A stretch of 64,000 nucleotides of DNA from a virus, in the UHGV virus genome UHGV-0211472, one strand, 5' to 3'. The notes under the pieces are model-generated. The model saw only the letters and a list, made by a program, of their open reading frames with translations. It made no database searches and was not told the DNA's origin. Position numbers and translations under genes: made by a program. Below, piece by piece: positions 10,906 through 23,198 of this stretch; position 1 is the stretch's first letter, and every line of letters begins with the position of its first letter.

Positions 10906-13900
10906 ATGGCTAACATTAAACCGTGGGAAGAAGCTTCCAAAGCTCCTGCGTATCTGAATGCCTCTCCGGAGCAACAAGCTCAAATGAGAGAACAATATAA
11001 GGCAGCAGGTGGCTCTATTCCTGAGGAACAACCAGTAGCACAACCACAACAAGAAGAACGTGGTGCTATAGGTGAGTTTGCTCAAGGTGTGTCAAATGCT
11101 CTTCAGTCCGGCAGTGCTAACATCTCTGCTAATCTTGCTAGGGGTATTGGAGGCTTAGTTGAGATTGGTGAAGATCTAACTGGAGCACAAACCGGTTACG
11201 GGAAGCGTATGCAAGAGAACGCTCAAAATCTCTTGAAAGAACGTATGGATAAGATTGAGGATGGGATTGGTAAATCTGCTGGTCAGTATGCTGGGGTGGT
11301 TGCCGACATTGGTCTGACAGTTGCTAACCCATTAGTTGCCGCTGCTATCATCGCAGGTCGTGAGACAGGTCGTGCATATGCAGACCAAACCCCTGAAGAG
11401 GGGGAAGATAAGTCTGTTCTAGATGCAGCCCTAGTTGGTGGTGCTAACTATGCAGCTCAAAGAATCCTTCCGGGTGCTGTTGGGACAGCTGAATCAGCTC
11501 TTGGTCGTATCGGTCAGAACGTTGCTAGTAACGCAGTGGCTGGTGCTAAAGGTGGTGCTCTTGTTGGTGCTGCTGAGGTTCAGAACAAGTATGGTGATGA
11601 CAATGATCTAGCTAAGACATTGGAAGGTGTTATCGAAGAAGGTGCTATGGGTGCTGCATTCGGTGGTGCAGTTGGTGGGGTTCATGGTTTGATTAGCCGT
11701 CCGGATTCTGCTGTCTTCAGGAATACTCCAGAGTATGCGAAGACTGATATTGCTGCTGATGACGAACTGATTCGTAGTGCTAAGAATGTTGATGAATTGA
11801 AAGAGGCTTACTCTAAAGCTGAAACTGCTAACGCTGCTTCTGCTCTGAACCTTCTCGATGAGAATGGATTCCGTATTACAGATGCTGTTGCTGTAGATTC
11901 TCCTGCTGCTCAGCGTATTCTTAATACTGACCAAGCTCGTGCTGAGAAAGCTGCTTCCGTTCAGAAAGAGCATTCCAACATTCCGGGCCTTAATCCTTTA
12001 GCTTCTCCTGCTAAGACTCGTGGTAAAGCATTCGCTGATAATGAGCACAACCAGAAGCAGGCTGTTGCTATGAAGGATGCAATGGCTGACTACACCAAAG
12101 ACAACACGAAAGCTCTTACAGATGTTCTGGATAACCTAGATCGTGAATTAACTTCTCTCCGAGCTTCTGGTGATTTTACTGGTAGTCCGATTGATATTAA
12201 GAACCGTACACAAGCCGACCGTGATTTCATTGATGCTTACAAGACTTTCTACAATGAAGCAAATCGATTCAAAGCTCGTGATGGTGAAGACTTTAATAAC
12301 TTTGTAGAGAAAGCTGCTGAACTACAGAAGATGGCTGATAATGTTTCTCCAGAGATGAAGAAAGCTATTGGTGGGTTGAAGAAACTGAAAGGTATGCCTG
12401 AAGGTTTTAATCCTATCCAAGATGCTTACACTCTGAACAATACAGCTAAGTTCATGAGCAATCAAGATCGTGGTTGGACTTCCCTGACTGATGATGGCTT
12501 CCGTGAGGCTTCTTCACCTAGTCTGGTAATGAACACTCTTGGTGCTGCTAAGTATGCTCTGAATCGCTTCTCTTCTCAGCGTGCTCGTTCTCAGCGTGTT
12601 AAGCAACAAGAGTCTAACAGCGAAGCTATCCGCTCTCTGGCTCGTGGTGATTTGGAAGTTGCTCGTGCTAAATCTACTGCTGATGAAGCTCGCGCTAAGA
12701 TGGAAGAAGAACCAGTTGTTGATGACATTAAATTTAAGATGCAAAATGATGTAGAAACCGAACCGGTTCGGGAGCCTTCTTCTAGTACTGTGACGGAAGA
12801 AAATCTTCCTTCTTCTGTTCCTCAAGAAGCCCCTCTTACGGCTCGTGATTTAGTTGCTCAAAGACGTGCAGTTAAGCAGGTGGAACAGCGTCGTGCGCAA
12901 GAAGAGGCCGCACAGGCTCCAGAATCGACCGTAGAGGAACCAACCATCAAAGCTGAGCCATTACCTGCCCGTGCCCCTAAAGCTCCTAAGGAAGCTGTAC
13001 AGGATGTTAAACCATCAATTGGTGTAGAACGTTTAGCTGCCATGTCCAGTGCTGCTCGTCAAGCTACTAAAGATCGTGCAGAACGTTTTGCTCGTTCTCT
13101 GTACTCTAAGGCTGCTAAGGCTAAAGCAACTGCTGAGAACTTCTTATCTTACAAGGGTGATCCTAAGGAGTTGATGCGTCGTATTCGTCAGGAAGATAAT
13201 GCTATCAACACTGAACGTCATGAAGAAATGGCTCGTAACCAGCTGGCTTCTCAGCAAGGCATTGCTACTGCTAAGAACAACACGGTACGAACTAATTTTG
13301 CTGAATGGGTTAAGGAACGTGGTCTTCCAGAAGACATTGCTACTAAGGCATTACGTGCTGAAGAGAAAGGTTTAGGTGGGAACGTAACTAACTTGGATAG
13401 CCTGAAACGTCGTGCAGAAAGGTTATATCAGAAGCAGCGTGAGGATGAGTTTGATAGGCTGTATCAACAAGCTCTTGAAGAGAACAAAGCTTTCGATAAT
13501 AAGAATGCTCCTAAGCTGGTTGACCAGAAGAAAGAGCTTCAGTCTGAGATTGATGCTTTAATTGATTCAGAACCTTTACGTCCTGCTCAGAAAGATGCTA
13601 TGCGTAAGCTGATGAATGACTTTGTAGATGGGAAGTTTAAATCTTCAGAGAAGGCTGGTAGGGAAGAGGCTTTGGAAGTTGGTCAGATGAAGGATATTTG
13701 GGATGGGTTTATCAACACCTATAACAGAGAAGTGAATGCCTTCAACAGAGCTAATAAGAACTCTCAGTATGAAGCTTTTGCTAAACACATACAGGCTCGT
13801 GAAGAACGTCTTGCTACTCTGAAAAATAAAGCTCAGGCTCGTTCAGATGCCAAGGCTGCTGTTGAGAATGAACGTAAAACTCTAGAAGCTATTGCAGCTC

Positions 13901-15213
13901 AAAAGAGTGAGATTGAGAAGATGATGGAAGGTTTACCTAAACCTGTTCGTGAGGCTCAGGAATCTCGTACATTGAAACAGTTGGCTGCTCACCACGACAA
14001 GAACTCTCCAGTTCCTCCAGAGAAGTTCCGTAGTTACATTGAACGTATCCATAACGCCGAGTCAGATTACCTTGATCGTCAGCGTCGTTTAACTGATGCA
14101 GAGGAAGATGCTCGTCAGGCTAAATGGAATAGGATGTATGAGCAAGCGGAAGAGATGAATCGTAAGTTTGATGTGGACAAGAGAGTTAAGCGCAGTGAAG
14201 AGCTTAAAGCGGCCCAAGAGCGTGAGAATGACCTTATGGCAGTACAACGTCAACGTGATGACATCCATCGCCGCCTGATGCGTACTATGGAAGATAAGGG
14301 CATATCTAGAGAGGATGCTGAAGCATTTGCTGGTTCCTACATGGACAACCGTTATGCACTTCTTGAGAAGCCTATGACTCCTACTGAACATCAGAATGCT
14401 CGTTCTCGTATCGAAGCTGATGTTGAGAAATTCGCTAAGAAGTACGAATCAATGACTCCTATCGAGAAAGAGATTGTTAAGGTTACTGGAGATACTGAAG
14501 GTAAGCTTGATAACTTGGATGCGGATACTAGGAAGGCTATTGAGGAGGCTCAGAAGGTTGACTCCGATATTAAGAAACTGCAAGAGGAAGAATTGGAGAT
14601 GGAGAAGATTCGTTCTGCTCTGCCTGATGATGAAAAATCTCAAGCAAATTCTGATATCTTGGAAAGCATTAAACAGCAGGAAGAAGCCTTTGCTGATAAA
14701 GCAGAGAAAGCTTTCTTGAATGGGAAGAGCTTGGACGAATTAGTCAGTGTGGCTGAAGTTTTAGACAGAGTGCATGGTGCAGACAAGGCTGGTAACAACC
14801 GTCGCTTTGTACGTGCATTGCAGACTGCTGCTGAAAACAAGAAGAAGTATGGAGATAATCCGGTAGCTTGGTTTAGTGCTGATGATTATTCTGCCATTGC
14901 TAAACTTGGTGCTTCTTCCGCAGGTGGTAACAAATCCAGAGCACTGGAGAAGATTTTTGGTTCTACAGCTGAACAGGCTAAGAGTAAGTTGCTTGGTAGG
15001 GATGATGTAGCGAAGATGAGACGTGTGATTGAAGAGAACCCTGATATTAAGATTCCTTCTTACAAGACAACGAATCGTACTGAGTACTTGCAGTTCTTGG
15101 AGAAGTTTAATGACGAAGGGAAGCCGAAGATTAAACGTGGCTCATTGTCAGAGAAGCTTGAACGCAGTAAGCGTCAATCGAGACTCCGTGTAAGAGTTCG
15201 ACCTAAGGAGTGA
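10906..15213 (+). CDS. Large internal virion / DNA-ejection protein
   Basis: Track ORF 10861..15213; start moved to ATG at 10906 (MANIKPW) which has AAGGAG 6 nt upstream; ~1435 aa, long charged coiled-coil regions. Confidence 0.45.
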   Translation: MANIKPWEEASKAPAYLNASPEQQAQMREQYKAAGGSIPEEQPVAQPQQEERGAIGEFAQGVSNALQSGSANISANLARGIGGLVEIGEDLTGAQTGYGKRMQENAQNLLKERMDKIEDGIGKSAGQYAGVVADIGLTVANPLVAAAIIAGRETGRAYADQTPEEGEDKSVLDAALVGGANYAAQRILPGAVGTAESALGRIGQNVASNAVAGAKGGALVGAAEVQNKYGDDNDLAKTLEGVIEEGAMGAAFGGAVGGVHGLISRPDSAVFRNTPEYAKTDIAADDELIRSAKNVDELKEAYSKAETANAASALNLLDENGFRITDAVAVDSPAAQRILNTDQARAEKAASVQKEHSNIPGLNPLASPAKTRGKAFADNEHNQKQAVAMKDAMADYTKDNTKALTDVLDNLDRELTSLRASGDFTGSPIDIKNRTQADRDFIDAYKTFYNEANRFKARDGEDFNNFVEKAAELQKMADNVSPEMKKAIGGLKKLKGMPEGFNPIQDAYTLNNTAKFMSNQDRGWTSLTDDGFREASSPSLVMNTLGAAKYALNRFSSQRARSQRVKQQESNSEAIRSLARGDLEVARAKSTADEARAKMEEEPVVDDIKFKMQNDVETEPVREPSSSTVTEENLPSSVPQEAPLTARDLVAQRRAVKQVEQRRAQEEAAQAPESTVEEPTIKAEPLPARAPKAPKEAVQDVKPSIGVERLAAMSSAARQATKDRAERFARSLYSKAAKAKATAENFLSYKGDPKELMRRIRQEDNAINTERHEEMARNQLASQQGIATAKNNTVRTNFAEWVKERGLPEDIATKALRAEEKGLGGNVTNLDSLKRRAERLYQKQREDEFDRLYQQALEENKAFDNKNAPKLVDQKKELQSEIDALIDSEPLRPAQKDAMRKLMNDFVDGKFKSSEKAGREEALEVGQMKDIWDGFINTYNREVNAFNRANKNSQYEAFAKHIQAREERLATLKNKAQARSDAKAAVENERKTLEAIAAQKSEIEKMMEGLPKPVREAQESRTLKQLAAHHDKNSPVPPEKFRSYIERIHNAESDYLDRQRRLTDAEEDARQAKWNRMYEQAEEMNRKFDVDKRVKRSEELKAAQERENDLMAVQRQRDDIHRRLMRTMEDKGISREDAEAFAGSYMDNRYALLEKPMTPTEHQNARSRIEADVEKFAKKYESMTPIEKEIVKVTGDTEGKLDNLDADTRKAIEEAQKVDSDIKKLQEEELEMEKIRSALPDDEKSQANSDILESIKQQEEAFADKAEKAFLNGKSLDELVSVAEVLDRVHGADKAGNNRRFVRALQTAAENKKKYGDNPVAWFSADDYSAIAKLGASSAGGNKSRALEKIFGSTAEQAKSKLLGRDDVAKMRRVIEENPDIKIPSYKTTNRTEYLQFLEKFNDEGKPKIKRGSLSEKLERSKRQSRLRVRVRPKE

Positions 15214-15217
15214 TAAA

Positions 15218-15260
15218 AGAAAAGCCCTCAAGGTGAAATCCAAGAGGGCTTTATTTATTT
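15218..15260. terminator. Bidirectional rho-independent terminator between convergent blocks
   Basis: AGCCCTC ... GAGGGCT stem flanked by AAAAGAAAA on one side and TTTATTTATTT on the other; lies where plus and minus gene blocks converge. Confidence 0.5.
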
Positions 15261-15499
15261 CTAGATCTTCTTGTAGGTGATAGTTCCTTCTTTAACAGCT
15301 TTATCATAAGCTGCTTTGAATTTTTCTATCATAGCGATTTTACTCTGTTTTATCTTTTCAAAATCCATCAAATTCATCCTCATACATCCCAATTTTCCTC
15401 AGAAGTCTGGGTGTTCATCTTCAAAGCACCCTGAGACACCGCCATAGAACCAATCGGATTTACTGCCAAGAATAACAACTTCTTCATTCATATTTCCTC

Positions 15500-15727
15500 C
15501 TAGATCAAATCATAATATTGAATAATATCTGAGAGCTTGAACTCTCGAATCTCATCTTTCTCTATATCAATTGCTGTCATAATCCAACAAGGTTTGCCAC
15601 CGTTATGAAAACGGGAGCTAGCAACGGAGGTTCGGAGTGGAATAACGGACCGGTCAGCAACCTCGCCTCTCCAATTGCGATAGCGAAAGCGAAGCACTTG
15701 TTGCGTAGATTTTTGATCATTACTCAT
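15500..15727 (-). CDS. Hypothetical protein
   Basis: Track ORF 15500..15868 shortened to internal ATG (MSNDQK) that overlaps stop of upstream HNH gene (ATGAGTAA). Confidence 0.3.
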   Translation of the reverse strand: MSNDQKSTQQVLRFRYRNWRGEVADRSVIPLRTSVASSRFHNGGKPCWIMTAIDIEKDEIREFKLSDIIQYYDLI

Positions 15728-16121
15728 TTCCTTTTTTGAATTGTTTTCTTGCATCATTCTCTTCTTTTGTTTTAATCTTATGACAAGGGTCTTTACACAG
15801 AACCTGAAAACCTTCTTTCTCACACAGAGCACGAGAGATGATCTCATCCCAAGTTGCTTCATGGTCAAGAGGGACTATAGGCTCTATGTGGTCAATAGCC
15901 ATATCCTTTACAGGGTGGTCAGAACCACACATGGCACACTTAAAGTGCATTGCCAGTCTACCTGTCTTCGGGTTAATCTTCTGCTCTGTCTTGGAGTCTG
16001 CTAGTGCATCAAACATGGGCTTCCACTTTCTAGTCAGAGAACGAATCCCTGACTTGATGAATGAGTTGTAACGAGCTTCAGTCCACGTTCCACTACAGCG
16101 TGTCTTCTCAGACTTCGCCAT
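15720..16121 (-). CDS. HNH endonuclease-like protein
   Basis: CxxC ... DHIxP ... CxxCH arrangement (CAMCGSDHPVKDMAIDHIEP...CKDPCH). Confidence 0.45.
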   Translation of the reverse strand: MAKSEKTRCSGTWTEARYNSFIKSGIRSLTRKWKPMFDALADSKTEQKINPKTGRLAMHFKCAMCGSDHPVKDMAIDHIEPIVPLDHEATWDEIISRALCEKEGFQVLCKDPCHKIKTKEENDARKQFKKGNE

Positions 16122-16297
16122 AATCAGCTTCTTCCCAAACTCGTTTGTTTACACGATGACTTACTTTACCCTCACGAGGAATACGACCAGTCCGCTGATC
16201 AAATAGTTGATGTTTAATTTTTTGGTCTTTACGGGATTCACGATTGGAGGAGTTTTCATCATATGAACGATAATCAAATTTACCCATTATAATATCC

Positions 16298-17119
16298 TTA
16301 TTTCCAAGTTTTTTCGAGCCATGACCAATCAAATAGGTCTTCCGGAGTCTGACCAACAAATAGAAGCCGAGCATTCTCAAGCATCTTCTCTTCATCTTCA
16401 GTATCGAACTTCTTATAATATTCCATTCGTACTATATGATACATGGTCCACTTATCTGTAACATCAGCCAGTAATTTAGCTGCTGCCCTCTTCCCTATGC
16501 CTTGACGTCGAAGCTGAAGCTTACCACCCCACATAACCTCTTTACGTTCCCCACATCCGGGAATATTATCCGTACCATCCCCAATCAACATTTGATAGAA
16601 GAAGTTTTGCCATGAGACTAAATCAGATACGTAGTGAGGGGGTACCTCTTTCTGCCTTTCTCCACAAGCCCAGCGATAGTGCCATCCGGGGGTTATTAAT
16701 AAATCTTTGTCTCTAGTACAAATGATAGTGTTCTTGTCTCTACGTTGCCTTTCAGCTAGTGCATCATCAGCCTCTCTCCCAAATACATCTATGTATTCAT
16801 ATTTACCTTTAATATAATCACCAACATTTTGCCAGTGAAAAGGTCTTTCTCCGGGAGGTCTATTTGCTTTGTAGTCTTGCTGCTTAGCGACATCGAAACG
16901 GAAGTTACCACCTTCGCTGAAGTAGAACACAACCTTACTACAACCTGAGCGAGCAATGATAGTATCTATCTTGTACTGAAGTCGTTCAATCATGAAATTA
17001 TAGTCAACTGGAACACGTCCTGTGTCAAGAAAGGGATGCTCCTGAGTAAGAGCACCTACTTCATAACGAAGAACATCCGCGTCCACAATTGCTACTTCAG
17101 GGAGCTTAACATCTCCCAT
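16298..17119 (-). CDS. 5'-3' exonuclease / flap endonuclease (T7 gene 6 / T5 D15-like)
   Basis: PIN-like acidic clusters (FGREADDA, TRDKDLL) and H3TH motif IGDGTDNIPG. Confidence 0.7.
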   Translation of the reverse strand: MGDVKLPEVAIVDADVLRYEVGALTQEHPFLDTGRVPVDYNFMIERLQYKIDTIIARSGCSKVVFYFSEGGNFRFDVAKQQDYKANRPPGERPFHWQNVGDYIKGKYEYIDVFGREADDALAERQRRDKNTIICTRDKDLLITPGWHYRWACGERQKEVPPHYVSDLVSWQNFFYQMLIGDGTDNIPGCGERKEVMWGGKLQLRRQGIGKRAAAKLLADVTDKWTMYHIVRMEYYKKFDTEDEEKMLENARLLFVGQTPEDLFDWSWLEKTWK

Positions 17120-17120
17120 A

Positions 17121-18291
<1,171 letters not shown>

Positions 18292-18535
18292 AATGCATCT
18301 CTTTATAAACCGTTTCTGTATTCTTCTTCCAGTCGGATAAACCGGTAAGAACTCTCTGAGCAACTTCATCAGCTGCCTTACTTCTTTCAATCTCTAACTC
18401 TTGTTGATGCTTCTCTCTATCAAGATTGTTACTATCTGTTCGGTATTCATTGAACTTCATACCTCCAAAGAACACGAGAGCAGAGAAGATGATAAAACCT
18501 ACATTATCACTTAATGTACTTTTCATATTGTCTCC

Positions 18536-18562
18536 AACGAAAAAAGCCACCCGAAGATGGCT
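18536..18562 (-). terminator. Rho-independent terminator
   Basis: Minus-strand AGCCA-tcttcggg-TGGCT followed by TTTTTT, just downstream of SSB stop. Confidence 0.4.
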
Positions 18563-18583
18563 AAGCTATAACAAGGAGAGTTA

Positions 18584-19330
18584 TTAGAATGGGCTATCGT
18601 TGTCGTCTTCGTAAGTAGAAGCAGGTTCTTTATCAATCGTAGGGATTGAAGGAGTAGCTTCTTTCTGTTCTGTTTCAGAAGCACGAGTAATTTCACGACC
18701 AGCCAGAGGCATGTTCTTAGCGTCAATAGCTTGGGTAAGCAGGTTGCGCTGGAACGGGAACATCAGTTGATAGGATGCTACGTTCTCATCGGTTTCAGCA
18801 TACGGTTCGAAGAATACCAGAGGACTACGAGCTTCACCAACTGCTGCACGATATTTGGTTGGGATTGGAGAAATGGTCTTGATGGAGTTTTTAACTTCAC
18901 CAGCTTTGTTAGTGTAAGAATTAACCAGAATGTTAACAGGCTGACCTAACAACACATCCTTAAACCAAGACAGATCACCTTTCAGTGCTTGGATGCTTGG
19001 GTCAATCATCTTGCAGAGATCAAGGATACCAGAGTTCTTGGCTCGTGGGTTTACATCATAGCTCTTGAACTGGCAAGCCGGACGCGGTTCTAATGCCTTA
19101 CCATCGGAATCTTTACCAGTAGCATCAACACCAATCAGCTCGAAAGCCAAATCCATACGGAAAGCCGGATTCTTAGGGGTTACTGCTTTGGTCTTCGGGT
19201 CAATCCAAGGGTCACGATTGTGAACACCCAAACCTACTACACGAACGATACGTGCTTCGTATTCACCATCAGGGATTACATCGTAGTTGGATTTACGGGA
19301 AGCAGTTGCGATAGTTGGGATCATGCTCAT
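18584..19330 (-). CDS. Single-stranded DNA-binding protein (T7 gp2.5-like)
   Basis: 248 aa with acidic C-terminal tail ending in aromatic residue (...YEDDNDSPF), hallmark of gp2.5-type SSBs; replication module context. Confidence 0.5.
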   Translation of the reverse strand: MSMIPTIATASRKSNYDVIPDGEYEARIVRVVGLGVHNRDPWIDPKTKAVTPKNPAFRMDLAFELIGVDATGKDSDGKALEPRPACQFKSYDVNPRAKNSGILDLCKMIDPSIQALKGDLSWFKDVLLGQPVNILVNSYTNKAGEVKNSIKTISPIPTKYRAAVGEARSPLVFFEPYAETDENVASYQLMFPFQRNLLTQAIDAKNMPLAGREITRASETEQKEATPSIPTIDKEPASTYEDDNDSPF

Positions 19331-19896
19331 TATTAATTTCCTTATTTAATTTGAAAGATTGTTGCTCTCTTTGAGCGGTTATGTATAATATACATTACAT
19401 ATATAGTGTAGGAACTACCGGAAGGTAGTAGGTTTTGTCCAAACAAAAGTCTCTTTAGAGTTATTTGTTGGGGACTGTCTCTTATAAACCCGAGACTGTC
19501 TAGCAGTTACATAAGCTCTAGCTTTTTCTGTAGCTGCATACTTATGATTAAATTTCATGGTAGTATATCTCTAAGTGCTATAATATATATAAGTTATAGC
19601 TGATAAAGTTATTGCACGGGACTGACGACGATAAGGCGCAGACGACAACCTCTCATAAGTTTGTAAGAAATTGAGAGACTACCGGAAGGGCAGGAGCCAC
19701 CTGCGAGATAAAAATAGAGAATTAAGGAATCCTTGATTTAGGTTGTAGGGACTCCTAGGGACTTTGATTCTCTATTTAAAAGAATAAATAATTATTACAT
19801 CTAACACTAAACAAACTGAAACAAAGATAAGAAACTTCTTATAAATACTCATTACTTATCACTTAAACAGTTAACTAGCCTCTGATATAAAGAAGT

Positions 19897-20085
19897 TTAA
19901 ATCAAGCATCCATCACAAACATAATCTCCACTAAGAGATTCTTGTAGCAAGCGATTTTGTTCCTCTGAATATAGAGAATCTACTAATTCTTTTAACTCTG
20001 AAAGAGTAATGAAATCAATAGTATTTCCATTATCTAAAATAGAAGAGTTGAGTATATATTCATTATCTTTAATTTTATTGATCAT
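19897..20085 (-). CDS. Hypothetical protein
   Basis: 62 aa ORF. Confidence 0.3.
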   Translation of the reverse strand: MINKIKDNEYILNSSILDNGNTIDFITLSELKELVDSLYSEEQNRLLQESLSGDYVCDGCLI

Positions 20086-20643
20086 TTTTCTATTCCTTTT
20101 ACTTCAGCGTATACTTTAACTTCTCCCTTAAGGATTACCTTGGAAGCATTAGCGCTTTCTTCGGAGTGGTGTACAACGGTCATCTCTTTCTTTCCAATCT
20201 TATATGTGTGAATCCAAATCATTATTTCTTAATCCTTTTAGACAAGAAAAGCCGCCCTAAGGCAGCTTCTTATTTAACTGTTCACTTTAGCTTCAAGTGT
20301 TTCGTTTTCAATACTCAAGTCAATCACTACACCAGTAAGCTCAACGACTGCTTGGCGAAGGGCATCTTTACCCATAGAGTGTACTTGAGATAAGAAGAAA
20401 GCTTTCCCTTCTTCAGTGGATAGGGTTTCTTTCAGTTCAGTTGCAGTCATTCTTTTCCTCTCTCTCTTTCCATAGTTCAGCTAATTCTAAATAGTATTGT
20501 GCTTCATCAGCACGTCCTTGTTCATTACAGATGGCGCTTTGACGATAACACCAATCCGATGGCATCTCTTCCACTTCAATCTCCTTATGATGAACTAATC
20601 AATAAGACTAGTTCATTTGTGTTCCTGTCTTTCAGTTCTGCCT

Positions 20644-22488
20644 TTAGTGCGTATGCATCCAATTTAATCCAATCTGACAATCAGAAGCCAGAGGACATTC
20701 CATGTTCAAGTACTCACCAGCCTTCTTAACACAAAGCTCAGTGTGCTCTTTGAGTTTCTGTACATCATTACGATTTACTGAGAATTGGCCCTCATCGTGC
20801 ATATCAATTACCTTAGCACAACGAACCCCATCCTTCTCAATCCACTTGTTAAGGAACATCATAGCATATTTCATAACAACAGCACCAGCACATTGCAGGA
20901 GTGTGTTAAGGGCTTTATGAACCATAACTTTACCAGTGGCATCTCTTCTCATTGTAATCTTACGACCATCAACTCCAATCAAGTATCCTTGAGCAGCTTT
21001 CTCTGTCATACGATCAATGAGGATTGCAATACACGGGTTCTCTGCTAAGAAACGCGCTCGCATCACTGAACCTTCGTCAGCCCCACCACCTACAATTGAA
21101 CCAAGCTTAGCATCACCAGCACCGTAGTTGAATGCATAGATAAATGTCTTAGCGTTGTCACGAGTAGGAAGACCAGCAAGTTTCTGGTTGTGGGAGTGGA
21201 TATCACCTTCAAGGAGAATATCACGATACATAACAGCAGAAGCTAAACCGCGTTCTGCCAGAGCTTTCTTAGCTGGGTTATTCTCTTCGATTGCTTCAGC
21301 AAGCATATCTCTACACTCTTTGATGAGGTAGTGAGCGAGCATACGAAGTTCAAGTCCAGAACCATCATACCCTAAGAATATTTCTTTACCAGCGGGTATG
21401 TAATATTTGTAAGCACCTACAGGTTTGTCTTTCTTCCCCGGCTTACCTTTCTCGTAAATTACGTTAGTACCTTTTCGTATATAACAATCATCAGGAACAA
21501 CGTTAGTAATAACGAAAGGACGAGAGTGATCACTGTCTGAGTTATAGTCAGACTCAAACAAACTGCGACACTCATGACCAAACAAACCACGGGAGGGAAT
21601 ATTAACCACGATACGATGTTTGAATCGAAAAGTCGGCGTAGCACAGCTGTTAGCTTCTGCCGAAAGTTTACCATCTTTGCGTTCCTTTGCTATGAGTCCG
21701 CTGATAAGGCCTAGCCTGTGAGCCGCTACAACACGTCTCTTAAGCAAACTTCCGACACTCCCTAGCTCACCCCCTAATCCTTCTTCAAGGGTCTCCTCGA
21801 GGTTTGTAGGAGCTGTAGGCCACTTGTTTGAGGTAGCTAGTGCTATCTTAATCTCGTCAAAAGTGATAGGCCTACGTCGGTTAGGATTTAAACCTAAACC
21901 AAATACATAAGCCTTCATGTAGTTCTTAGTCTTAAACCTAAAATGCTTCTCTAAGAACTTCCTGATATCAGCGTCAACCATCTCGGCTGTCTGCTTCTGT
22001 TTAGCATTACCTCGCATCCAAGCTGAATACCATGCTTGGTATGTTCCATACTTTCTCATATCTTTCTTAATTTCAAAAGTATTCCAAGGCTTCTTAGATA
22101 CGTTAAACTCTGGAGGAAGAAAGCCCTCATCCATAAGAGCTTCTTTAACTCGTGCATCCTTCGATGGGTCAAAGTCTACGTATTCGACACAGGTAAAAGC
22201 TCCACCAATGTCTTCTCTCTTCAGCCCAACCCTATCGCAATAAGCTTGAGGCCACTTCTGCAAAGCCCCAGACTTCTTAAATGGCTTCATATAAGTAGAG
22301 CCATCTAATCTCATCTTAGGTAAGAGAGGAATTAGTTCTTTATCAATATTAACAATAATCTCTTTAAGGAGGTGAACATACCACCGAGCATTTCTTCGGT
22401 TGAAACTCACTCCGTGCTTTGCTTGCTTAGAGATTATATCAGCGACAGTCATCTCTGTCAAAAATGGGAGAGCGTCCGGGTTGCTCAC
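20644..22488 (-). CDS. DNA polymerase, family A, polymerase domain only
   Basis: Motif A LGYDGSGLELRMLAHY (DxSxxExR); colinear with T7 gp5 from the thumb onward; no exonuclease motifs in this ORF. Confidence 0.85.
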   Translation of the reverse strand: MSNPDALPFLTEMTVADIISKQAKHGVSFNRRNARWYVHLLKEIIVNIDKELIPLLPKMRLDGSTYMKPFKKSGALQKWPQAYCDRVGLKREDIGGAFTCVEYVDFDPSKDARVKEALMDEGFLPPEFNVSKKPWNTFEIKKDMRKYGTYQAWYSAWMRGNAKQKQTAEMVDADIRKFLEKHFRFKTKNYMKAYVFGLGLNPNRRRPITFDEIKIALATSNKWPTAPTNLEETLEEGLGGELGSVGSLLKRRVVAAHRLGLISGLIAKERKDGKLSAEANSCATPTFRFKHRIVVNIPSRGLFGHECRSLFESDYNSDSDHSRPFVITNVVPDDCYIRKGTNVIYEKGKPGKKDKPVGAYKYYIPAGKEIFLGYDGSGLELRMLAHYLIKECRDMLAEAIEENNPAKKALAERGLASAVMYRDILLEGDIHSHNQKLAGLPTRDNAKTFIYAFNYGAGDAKLGSIVGGGADEGSVMRARFLAENPCIAILIDRMTEKAAQGYLIGVDGRKITMRRDATGKVMVHKALNTLLQCAGAVVMKYAMMFLNKWIEKDGVRCAKVIDMHDEGQFSVNRNDVQKLKEHTELCVKKAGEYLNMECPLASDCQIGLNWMHTH

Positions 22489-22504
22489 TTTATACTCCTT
22501 TAAA

Positions 22505-22909
22505 TTATTGGTAAAGTAAATCTGTAAATGCTTGATTGTCAGCTATTGCATCTAGGTCATTAGGAGATACTCGGATAGTGTTACCTTCAACTCTCCACGG
22601 AGTTGGCGTAGGTGAAGACCTAACTTCAAGAGGCTGCTCTCTGACTAGATGGGCCATGACCTCCTGATCGGCAACTTCCTCTCTTTCTCGAATATCTCTC
22701 TGGATGTAGGCCAGCTTCATGCCCCAAGCTTCTTCAAACTCTTGAGGGTGTTTATCACTGATCACTACATATCGACGATTGACGGAAAACCTTCTTGCTT
22801 TCAAAATAAGATTGCAAAGATCTTCTACTTCATCTTCTTCTAGGTTGTTATAAATATCATCCCACTTCACTACACAGAAGCGGTTTTGGTGTCTAGTTGG
22901 TAGTGGCAT
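22505..22909 (-). CDS. Hypothetical protein
   Basis: 134 aa ORF. Confidence 0.4.
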   Translation of the reverse strand: MPLPTRHQNRFCVVKWDDIYNNLEEDEVEDLCNLILKARRFSVNRRYVVISDKHPQEFEEAWGMKLAYIQRDIREREEVADQEVMAHLVREQPLEVRSSPTPTPWRVEGNTIRVSPNDLDAIADNQAFTDLLYQ

Positions 22910-22912
22910 AGC

Positions 22913-23197
22913 TTAACCTTTCGGGAATGGCATTAAAGATTCCATAGCAGATTTAATTTCGCTATTGATTCGAGCATCACGATAAGAGATAAATTTACCT
23001 TTGCTATCACGTAACATTACATGGGTTCTGGCTGTTTCGTGAGGAAGCAGTGTGATACTGGTTGGGATAGTATCAATCCCTACAGGTAGTTTGTAAATAG
23101 TCTTACTCTCAGCTAGTAGGTAAGACCAAGTACATGGTTTCTTCTCCGGATGGTTAGGGTATGTATCTCTAATCTGAACCATAGCTAATTTATTCAT
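22913..23197 (-). CDS. Hypothetical small protein (tandem paralogue A)
   Basis: Shares TARTxVxLR..GKFISY....L.PFPKG with adjacent 23199..23450. Confidence 0.4.
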   Translation of the reverse strand: MNKLAMVQIRDTYPNHPEKKPCTWSYLLAESKTIYKLPVGIDTIPTSITLLPHETARTHVMLRDSKGKFISYRDARINSEIKSAMESLMPFPKG

Positions 23198-23198
23198 A

